Shown here one piece after another: positions 56,931 to 64,000 of a stretch of 64,000 nt of DNA (position 1 is its first letter; each line of letters starts with the position of its first letter). The translations under genes were made by a program, and so were the position numbers. The notes under the pieces are model-generated. The model saw nothing but the letters and a program-made list of their open reading frames with translations, was not told where the DNA came from and searched no databases. Source of the stretch: Patescibacteria group bacterium (GTDB lineage Bacteria; Patescibacteriota; Microgenomatia; UBA1400; PJMF01); the NCBI GenBank assembly GCA_039934415.1, contig JBDTME010000001.1, forward strand, positions 201,417 through 265,416, in the 5' to 3' direction.

Positions 56931-57665
56931 ATGCCCGTCTTTAGCCTCCTTACTGTTAACATCGAAGGTGATAATCATCTCAACGAGATTGAAATTTTTG
57001 TGCGTGAAAAACAACCAGATGTGCTTTGCGTTCAAGAAATTTTTTCTGAAGACGTTGCTCTTTTTCAAAAGGTACTCGGAGTGCGAGCGTATTTTGCACC
57101 TATGTGCAGAGTTGAGCATGAAAACCCGTTCCGCTTGAGCGCACGAGGAGAATGGGGTGTGGCAATTTTCTCCCGCCTACCAATTGAATCAATCTCAGTC
57201 CTTGCTTATGAGGGGGAATTAAATCACATACCAATCTATGACAATGATAATCCTAACTCTGTAAATCGAGTGTTATTGGTCGCTAAAATTAAAACTGGAA
57301 TGAATTCCTTTTTCGTCGCAACAACTCACTTCACTTGGACTAATCATGGAGAAGTAACACCACTTCAACATCAACACCTTGATGCTATGTTTGAACTACT
57401 GCACGAACATAACCCACTCGTCCTTTGTGGTGACTTCAATGCTCCACGAGGTAAATCAGTATTTGCTCGATTAGCGAGCAAGTACAAGGATAATATCCCT
57501 GCGGACATTACTACTACTATCGACCAACATTTACATCGAACACAAGGAATTCAATTTGTAGTCGACGGTGTGTTTACAACGCCAGAGTTAAAAGTAGAAA
57601 AGATTGAAGTTATAGACGGAGTCAGTGATCACCAAGCTATTTTCGCTGCTATTGCCTCACCGTAA
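56931..57665 (+). CDS. Endonuclease/exonuclease/phosphatase (EEP) family protein
   Basis: ...LLTVNIEGDNHLNEI...PDVLCVQEIF..., ...VATTHFTW..., ...VLCGDFNAPRG..., ...VSDHQAIFAAI... are typical EEP catalytic motifs. Confidence 0.7.
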   Translation: MPVFSLLTVNIEGDNHLNEIEIFVREKQPDVLCVQEIFSEDVALFQKVLGVRAYFAPMCRVEHENPFRLSARGEWGVAIFSRLPIESISVLAYEGELNHIPIYDNDNPNSVNRVLLVAKIKTGMNSFFVATTHFTWTNHGEVTPLQHQHLDAMFELLHEHNPLVLCGDFNAPRGKSVFARLASKYKDNIPADITTTIDQHLHRTQGIQFVVDGVFTTPELKVEKIEVIDGVSDHQAIFAAIASP

Positions 57666-58697
57666 GCCATATACGTGAAGTTTGGTGTTTTTGCCTTTGA
57701 CCAGAACTTGTCCTAAATCATCTGTGTCAAAACTGCTTTTTTCTTCCCCAACTTTTTTTAAAACTGATTCTGAAACAACAATACTCTGACCAAGTGTTTT
57801 TGTTAAACCTTCTAATCGTGAAGCTGTGTTCACAGTGTCACCAATTGCAGTGTAGTCGAATCGTTTACTTGATCCAATATTACCAATAATGGCTTTCCCA
57901 TAGTTAATACCAACGCCCACCCTAAAATCAGTATCGTGTTCAATTTTTTTGCGAATTTCAATTGCAGCTCTGAGCGCCTTACTGGTCTGCTTTTTGTCAG
58001 CAGTGGGTGCACCCCAAAACGCCATGACTGCATCACCAATGTACTTATCTACCGTTCCATCATGTTTGATGATGAGTTGAGTTACTATCTCGAGCAACTC
58101 GCTTAACCGATTGACGACGATAGCTGGAGACTTTTTCTCACTGAAAGCAGTGAATCCACGAATATCTAAAAACATAACAGTAATATCATGTTCTTTACCT
58201 GTTAGACGCAAACGATTGGGATCCTTGAGTAGTTCCTTAAGCATATCCTCTGATACAAACTGTGTGAACGCTGCTCTCAAAAAATCCTTCTCTGATGAAG
58301 AATAAATCATCTTCAAAAACACACCAACCAAAACACCAATACCAAAACTTCCGAGCAAATAGACTATCGGCAAAACCAAGTTGTATTGCTGCAATCCAAC
58401 GCACCAACCAATTCCGGATGATACTAAAATGATTATGAAAAAAAATAATGAGGTTCTGTTATTAAAAGTGAGTAAGATCAATGCTGGCAAAATAGACGCT
58501 ATAAAACAGATCCCAATCATCCACCATACTGACAAATGAGTTACAGTCGCAAGATCAGTTTGAAAAACAAAAGACAAGGTGGATTCTACAAGTTGAGATT
58601 GAGCTGAAAAAATATCGAAGTAGACGAAGAGTCCGACCCCAAACCATACTGTCAAATAGTACAAAATAAAGAGCCGTAAGCGTTTATTAAATGCCAT
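57657..58697 (-). CDS. Membrane-anchored class III adenylate/guanylate cyclase
   Basis: Four N-terminal TM helices, then a CHD domain (...ITVMFLDIRGFTAFSEK..., ...KYIGDAVMAFWGAP..., ...RVGVGINYGKAIIGNIGS...YTAIGDTVNTASRLEG...). Preferred ATG is 58697 with AAAGGA 5 nt upstream. The ORF track starts at TTG 58718. Confidence 0.8.
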   Translation of the reverse strand: MAFNKRLRLFILYYLTVWFGVGLFVYFDIFSAQSQLVESTLSFVFQTDLATVTHLSVWWMIGICFIASILPALILLTFNNRTSLFFFIIILVSSGIGWCVGLQQYNLVLPIVYLLGSFGIGVLVGVFLKMIYSSSEKDFLRAAFTQFVSEDMLKELLKDPNRLRLTGKEHDITVMFLDIRGFTAFSEKKSPAIVVNRLSELLEIVTQLIIKHDGTVDKYIGDAVMAFWGAPTADKKQTSKALRAAIEIRKKIEHDTDFRVGVGINYGKAIIGNIGSSKRFDYTAIGDTVNTASRLEGLTKTLGQSIVVSESVLKKVGEEKSSFDTDDLGQVLVKGKNTKLHVYGLR

Positions 58698-58781
58698 AAA
58701 AATCCTTTGATGTAGCAAAGAGTACTATATCAAACTCTCTAAATTGAGTACAGCGAAAAGGAAAAATTATTCAAAAATGTA

Positions 58782-59177
58782 CTATTTTTTTTCAAAACCT
58801 AATGAGCAAGAGTTAATGCAAAATCTTTTTCCTGTTGTAGCGGGACCATCATCAAAGACATGTCCCAAATGACTACCACAGTTGGCACAGCGAGCCTCAA
58901 CTCGATTCATACCATGAGTGTTATCTTCAAACAACTCAACTTTGTCACTAGCGACTGCTTGATCAAAACTCGGCCAACCACTTCCTGAATGAAACTTATT
59001 CTCAGAGGAAAAAAGTTCAGCACCACAAGCTGCGCAGGTATACATTCCCTTTTCATCATTCGCATCAAATTTTCCAGTGAAAGGGGCTTCAGTTCCTTTC
59101 TCTCGCAGCACATGGTACTGCTCTGACGTTAACTTTTTTTTCCAGTAATCCTCTGGCATCTTTTTCATGTCTGACAT
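58782..59177 (-). CDS. msrB: Peptide methionine-R-sulfoxide reductase MsrB
   Basis: SelR fold with two CxxC pairs (CAACGAELF..., ...[17 protein letters not shown]...). Confidence 0.9.
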   Translation of the reverse strand: MSDMKKMPEDYWKKKLTSEQYHVLREKGTEAPFTGKFDANDEKGMYTCAACGAELFSSENKFHSGSGWPSFDQAVASDKVELFEDNTHGMNRVEARCANCGSHLGHVFDDGPATTGKRFCINSCSLGFEKK

Positions 59178-59233
59178 AATGTCTCCTCAAAAACTAAAAG
59201 CTGGTCTATTAAGTATCTGTTAAATAAAAATTC

Positions 59234-61198
59234 CTAACCCGCACCACCTCCACCTCCACCGCCGCCACCTCCACCGCCACCTGATGAACTACCTGATGAG
59301 CTAACTCCAGCAGCACCATATCCACTCGTTGAGGCTGAGGACAAAGATGAGATCGCTGAACCTATGGATGCAAAACTATTTGAAAATGAGCCGGATGAAA
59401 TATTCCCAGACCAGTAGGCAGCTGCAACGCGTTGATCTTCTTTCGAAAATTTGACTGGAAACTGAGACAACGCTCGAGCAGAAATTCCGAACAACGTCCC
59501 GTACACTAAATATTTTTCCCATAAAATGATGGAGTCAATCGGATACTGCTTCGTTTGCTCGTAATCAAAAATGTGCTTTTTAAATGCGAGCCACTCTGCA
59601 GTTTCTTGAGCGCCTTTCCCGGTTCGTTTTTCACCATTCGCTTGAAACAAAAATGTTACAACTAGAGAGACTCCCCCCACAATTAACCCAGCAATCGTTG
59701 TTATTTTCAACAACTCTCCTACAATTAAAGTCGCAGGCACGCCATAAATCATCACCGCACCCATCAGTATCTCCAAACCAATCATGCGAATACTGCCAGA
59801 TGCAAACGTAGCGTGTTGGTGCGACATCTTATCGAAAAAACCATCTTGAAGGTTCATCTCCATACCAACTTTTCGTAGGGATTGAAACACAGCATATGAT
59901 GATTCTCGATGGGACTTGCAGTAAGCGATAATATCATTCAGTTTCAAAGCCGTAACAGGACCATCAATTGAGTCGAATTGTTTCTTAGGAATTCCCTCTA
60001 GAAAATCAAAAACTCGATCTTCTACAGACCTCGATCTCAACTTTTGTACATTATTTTTGCCTAAAACCAATGCGTACGTATAGTCTCGGCGGAAAACGCC
60101 CTCTTTTTCCTTACTTTGTACCATTTTATAGAGACGTTTTTGGACAAGTGAAAGCACAGTTGCAGTAAAAGATTTAGGCGACACTTGTTCTCGGCCGGCA
60201 ATGAGTTGTTCAACTTGGACCGGATTAGTATCACTCGGAGGTTCCCAAAGAGTGCCTGCTAAATTCACTTCTGGCAATGGCAAATCTCTGCCGTACTTCA
60301 AAAAATCGTCATACGCTTTTTTAAACAGGAATAGAAAATAGCCAATCGAAGCAAGGACAAGCAACAACAATCCGTAGTACATGAATTGGTACATGCCTTT
60401 TTTGGCTTTTGTTTCCAGAATAAAACCGGTCTCCTGATCTATAATCTGCTGTTTGGAAAGCATCCCTGTCGCACTATTTGTAAAAGTGCTTTTTGGAACT
60501 ATTACTCTGCCTTCAAAAATCATTCCGGGAATAACGCGTGGTGCTGTGAAAGTAACTTGAGTCATACTTGGTATGGCCACTGTTCCATTTAAAGGTCCAT
60601 GCAACCAAGCCTGAATTTGATCTCCGGGAATTCCAACAGGCAACGTCAGGTTCACTATAATATCTGCTTCAGGTACTTCCCAATCATCTCCAATAAATTT
60701 CCAGTAAAGTTCATCCACATCAGAATGTGTCGTGATTGCGTTATCGACAGTGTATTTCAAATGGAATGTTTTTGGCGCATCAACAGCTCGATAAAACCAC
60801 TTCACGTAATATCTGCTCGATTCTTCGTTGACATAAAAACTGCCTGCTCGTTCATCTTTATCCATGTCGTCTGCTTGAGTCGTGGTCAATTTATAAGGTT
60901 GAGCATTTTCAATCACTTGAAAATGAGACAACCGATATGATTCGTTTCGACCAGGTTTTTTTGCTTGGTCAAGCTGCTTGTTTAAATATAAGTATGCAAA
61001 CGAATAGTCGCCATGAAAGTCATAGACACGTTCTTCATCTACGTTCATTGAACCATCTGAGTTGAGGACAGCATTAATATGTACTTGATCAATTGAGTAC
61101 GATTTTTCAGCAAATGCTTGATGGGGATTAACAAAAACTCCCAACAAAAAAACTCCAAAGAAAGAGCAAGTACCGAATATTTTTTTGAAGGAAGTCAT
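59234..61198 (-). CDS. DUF2207-like membrane protein with a C-terminal poly-Gly/Ser tail
   Basis: Signal peptide, a roughly 250 aa extracytoplasmic domain, a TM segment, a cytoplasmic region with two further hydrophobic helices, then ...SSGSSSGGGGGGGGGGGGGAG encoded by a GGN repeat at 59240-59290. Preferred start is MTSFKK at 61198. The ORF track extends it to 61228. Confidence 0.55.
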   Translation of the reverse strand: MTSFKKIFGTCSFFGVFLLGVFVNPHQAFAEKSYSIDQVHINAVLNSDGSMNVDEERVYDFHGDYSFAYLYLNKQLDQAKKPGRNESYRLSHFQVIENAQPYKLTTTQADDMDKDERAGSFYVNEESSRYYVKWFYRAVDAPKTFHLKYTVDNAITTHSDVDELYWKFIGDDWEVPEADIIVNLTLPVGIPGDQIQAWLHGPLNGTVAIPSMTQVTFTAPRVIPGMIFEGRVIVPKSTFTNSATGMLSKQQIIDQETGFILETKAKKGMYQFMYYGLLLLVLASIGYFLFLFKKAYDDFLKYGRDLPLPEVNLAGTLWEPPSDTNPVQVEQLIAGREQVSPKSFTATVLSLVQKRLYKMVQSKEKEGVFRRDYTYALVLGKNNVQKLRSRSVEDRVFDFLEGIPKKQFDSIDGPVTALKLNDIIAYCKSHRESSYAVFQSLRKVGMEMNLQDGFFDKMSHQHATFASGSIRMIGLEILMGAVMIYGVPATLIVGELLKITTIAGLIVGGVSLVVTFLFQANGEKRTGKGAQETAEWLAFKKHIFDYEQTKQYPIDSIILWEKYLVYGTLFGISARALSQFPVKFSKEDQRVAAAYWSGNISSGSFSNSFASIGSAISSLSSASTSGYGAAGVSSSGSSSGGGGGGGGGGGGGAG

Positions 61199-61199
61199 A

Positions 61200-62072
61200 T
61201 TATTGTTGAACGAGTGATTGCCAATCACTTACGAATTTCTGTAATCCTTTACTCGTCAACTCGTGAGCAATATTGTACTCCTGCCATGGTTTATTTAAAT
61301 CTATTTCTGAAAACTCAATTGGATGAAGCAATGACTGCGGTTCACTTGCAGTAGTATCAACAGATGTCACAGGGTAACTTGCTGCTGCCCACTCTGACAA
61401 TACATTGAAAGGTACTGTCAAACAATCTGCACCAAACTCAATGCTTCGAATCAGATGAGCCAGATTACGAATGCTGGCTGCAAGTACTTGGACGTGCTGG
61501 TCTGAATTTTCAAACATATTGATGATGTGTTTGACGACATCTACACCATCGTACCCAACGTCATCAAGTCGACCAATAAACGGTGACAAGAATACTTGAC
61601 CAGGTTTAGCTCCACGAGTTGCTGCATAGACCGCAGCAGCTTGTTCTTGAGAAAAACACAGGGTTAAATTGACATTCATGCCATCCACTACTGCTTGCTC
61701 AACTGCTGCCAGACCGGCTGGTGTAATTGGGAACTTAATATGAGGGTGTGTAATCCAAGTACAAAACTCGTCTGCCTGAGTCAACATCTCTTCTTTGGTT
61801 GTGGTCTCATCTGCATATACTTCGATTGAAATTGCACCATGAGGCATCTCTGCTGAAATTTGTTGCACGATGTTCTTATATAAACCGAGAGCCTCATCTG
61901 CAGTAAATAATTGCCCTGCAGCAACTCGCTCTTGAACAACAGGATGCTTAGAAATTAGAGTGGGATTCGTCGTTTGACCATCCAAAAACCCCATTAGCGC
62001 TTTGATTCTTCTCGTATCTTCTGGATTACCACTATCGAGAAAAATTTTGGGGTGGAGGTTTTGTGGTCGCAT
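61200..62072 (-). CDS. tal: Transaldolase-family protein (Tal/FSA class I aldolase)
   Basis: N-terminal FLDSGNPEDTRRIKALMGFLDGQTTNPTLI signature and TIM-barrel length (290 aa). Confidence 0.7.
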   Translation of the reverse strand: MRPQNLHPKIFLDSGNPEDTRRIKALMGFLDGQTTNPTLISKHPVVQERVAAGQLFTADEALGLYKNIVQQISAEMPHGAISIEVYADETTTKEEMLTQADEFCTWITHPHIKFPITPAGLAAVEQAVVDGMNVNLTLCFSQEQAAAVYAATRGAKPGQVFLSPFIGRLDDVGYDGVDVVKHIINMFENSDQHVQVLAASIRNLAHLIRSIEFGADCLTVPFNVLSEWAAASYPVTSVDTTASEPQSLLHPIEFSEIDLNKPWQEYNIAHELTSKGLQKFVSDWQSLVQQ

Positions 62073-62078
62073 AAAAAA

Positions 62079-63944
62079 TTATTGTCCGATCAGTTCTTTT
62101 ACTTTTTTAACAATTGCATCTGCATCAATCTCTTCGTAATGAAGTAACTCAAGAGCTGTACCACTCCGCGGCATCTTATGGACCGCCAGAGAGTGAACTT
62201 TCCCAGCATGCTTTCCTACGACAGAGCGAACCGCTTCAGCTACTCCGCCTTGCACATAATGATCTTCAACAACTAACAAAGCTTTCGTTTGGAAAGCTAA
62301 TGAGACGAGCATCTTCACATCAATTGGTTGAATGCTATAAAGATCGAGAATGCGAATCTTGATGCCTTCAGCTGCCAATATCTCATAGGCTTTCAGAGCT
62401 TCATGCACTGTAATTCCTGATCCTATCACAGTTAATCTATCACGGTTACTTAGTTTTAAAATGCGACTGCCACCGATTTTAAATTGATCATCTTGATCAT
62501 ACAAAATTGGGAGTGCTTCGCGAATTGTCCGGAAGTATACATTGCCAAAGTGCGCTGCAGCTTGTTGCATCAGTTTCATTGTTGAGATTGCATCAGAAGG
62601 TTGTAATACTACGCAGTTTTGAACCGCCCGAAACATCGCAATATCTTCTAGACCCATTTGAGATGTACCATCTTTTCCTAACGAAACTCCAGCGTATGAA
62701 CCAATAAACTTAATATTTGGATCAGAATACTGACTCATCCGAATTTGGTCGAAAGCTCTCGTAAAAAAAGCTGCAAAAGTAAAGACAAACGGGATTTTTC
62801 CGCGTCGCGAAAATCCCAGAGCTGCTCCCACCATATTCTGTTCTGCGATGAACATTTCAAAGAAGCGATCAGGAAACTCTGCTTTAAATAGATCGGAATG
62901 AGTCGAGTTGCTTACTTCACCATCTAGTACCACAATTTGTGAGTTGGTCTTTCCAAGTTCACGTGCTGTTATCCCTGCTGCCTCCTTGGTTGAGTAATTT
63001 TTGTGTTCAAATTGAAATCGACTTTGTGCATCAAAAAAACCGGTACTTATTTGTGGTTGAATTTCTTCAGGTTGATTCACTTCTCCAACGATTGCGTGAT
63101 CTATTTCTCCAATTTCGTTTAAGCACACACCGAGTTGTTCTTCAGACAACTGTTTACTATGCCATTGCTCTTTGTTTTCAAAAATTGAACAGCCTTTTCC
63201 CTTTATTGTTTTGGCAATAATCATTGTCGGTTTTGCTGTTTGTTGAAGCGCAAACTCAAACGCTGAACTGACTTGATTCAAATCGTGACCATCCCTAATT
63301 AAATACGTCTGCCAACCAAACGCCCTGATTCTATCTTCATAAGCCTGAATATCATGAGCGTACATTGTCTCTCCGCGTTGCCCCAATCGATTTACGTCAA
63401 TGATTCCGATTAGATTGTTTAGTTTGTAATACGCAGCAAGCTGAATTGCTTCCCAATTTGAACCTTCTGCCATCTCGCTGTCCCCAAGCAAAACATAGGT
63501 TTTGTATGGCAGCTTATCTAGCTTTGCATTCAGCGCCATCCCCATACCAATAGAGAGTCCTTGTCCTAATGAGCCAGTTGCTGCTTCGGTGTAGGGAAAA
63601 CGCATAGTTGGATGTCCTTCGAGTGGACTCTCAAATTGTCTTAACCTCATCAGCTCTTGTTCGCTCACTTTTCCAGCTACTGAATAAAGTGCATAAAAAA
63701 GAGGTGACGCATGACCTTTAGAAAAAATGAGCCGGTCGTTATTGGAAAAAGATGGTTCATCGAGTTTTGCTCGGAAAAAGCCACCGAATAGTAAAGTTGC
63801 CATCAGCTCCACGCCTGACAAAGAAGATGTTGTATGACCAGAATGCGCTGCTGTCGTTGCTGAAAGAATGTCAGCACGGAGTAAACGACAAACTTTCTGA
63901 AGCTTTTGGAGATCTAAGACAGGCATACTAAAAGTATACCTCAT
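62079..63944 (-). CDS. tkt: Transketolase
   Basis: TPP-binding N-terminal domain (...GHTTSSLSGVELMATLLF...GHASPLFYA...), Pyr domain and C-terminal domain. 621 aa full length. Confidence 0.9.
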   Translation of the reverse strand: MRYTFSMPVLDLQKLQKVCRLLRADILSATTAAHSGHTTSSLSGVELMATLLFGGFFRAKLDEPSFSNNDRLIFSKGHASPLFYALYSVAGKVSEQELMRLRQFESPLEGHPTMRFPYTEAATGSLGQGLSIGMGMALNAKLDKLPYKTYVLLGDSEMAEGSNWEAIQLAAYYKLNNLIGIIDVNRLGQRGETMYAHDIQAYEDRIRAFGWQTYLIRDGHDLNQVSSAFEFALQQTAKPTMIIAKTIKGKGCSIFENKEQWHSKQLSEEQLGVCLNEIGEIDHAIVGEVNQPEEIQPQISTGFFDAQSRFQFEHKNYSTKEAAGITARELGKTNSQIVVLDGEVSNSTHSDLFKAEFPDRFFEMFIAEQNMVGAALGFSRRGKIPFVFTFAAFFTRAFDQIRMSQYSDPNIKFIGSYAGVSLGKDGTSQMGLEDIAMFRAVQNCVVLQPSDAISTMKLMQQAAAHFGNVYFRTIREALPILYDQDDQFKIGGSRILKLSNRDRLTVIGSGITVHEALKAYEILAAEGIKIRILDLYSIQPIDVKMLVSLAFQTKALLVVEDHYVQGGVAEAVRSVVGKHAGKVHSLAVHKMPRSGTALELLHYEEIDADAIVKKVKELIGQ

Positions 63945-64000
63945 CGCTACAAATCATGTCATGATAATAAAAGCGGACAAAGCATCAAGACGACTATCTG

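Noticed and set aside
59237-59290. Repetitive GGTGGAGG tract considered as a possible CRISPR or other array
   Set aside because: It is an in-frame GGN codon repeat encoding a poly-Gly tail, with no spacer structure. No CRISPR-like arrays are present anywhere in the window.

Overview
This 64 kb window is a low-GC, gene-dense bacterial chromosome segment with about 60 genes, most of them on the minus strand. The gene content (LCP, FemAB, SecD/SecF, MacAB without an outer-membrane factor, a T-box leader, DUF3048 and DUF2207) suggests a monoderm lineage with a reduced genome, possibly Patescibacteria/CPR-like. That assignment is inference only. Layout from left to right: (1) 1-19.8 kb is one large cell-surface glycan assembly locus with at least five GT-C (ArnT/PMT-like) membrane glycosyltransferases of two sequence types, two DPM1-like polyprenyl-phosphate-sugar synthases, four further GT2 enzymes, a GT4-GT2 fusion, a Wzx-like flippase, a YfhO-like protein and an LCP ligase. 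(2) 19.9-22.9 kb holds a UvrD-type helicase fused to a Cas4/AddB-like Fe-S nuclease. (3) 22.9-33.1 kb is a minus-strand run of a large membrane protein, uvrC, uvrA, uvrB and aspS, with an Asp-specific T-box leader in front of aspS. (4) 33.1-34.5 kb is a non-coding-rich island containing a consensus sigma70 promoter driving a roughly 120 nt terminator-ended transcript and three small ORFs. (5) Next come recJ, cca, secF, secD, a wHTH protein, a DUF3048-like secreted protein, rdgB, an M29 aminopeptidase, tRNA-Glu(CUC) and an AlkA-like glycosylase. (6) A two-gene module follows, made of a Pol-beta-fold nucleotidyltransferase-like protein and a 4-TM protein. I rate it the best candidate for an undescribed defence or signalling system, at low confidence. 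(7) After it come a FemAB-family gene with two tiny membrane proteins, msrA, uppP, an SRPBCC protein, tRNA-Gln(CUG), a cold-shock protein and a GIY-YIG protein. (8) The window ends with a two-component system plus a MacAB-like efflux operon, an EEP-family protein, a membrane class III nucleotidyl cyclase, msrB, a DUF2207 protein with a poly-Gly tail, transaldolase and transketolase. A recurring motif is a -10-like hexamer placed 6-9 nt upstream of the start codon of operon-first genes, which implies leaderless mRNAs. I found no rRNA, CRISPR array, transposase or integrase.
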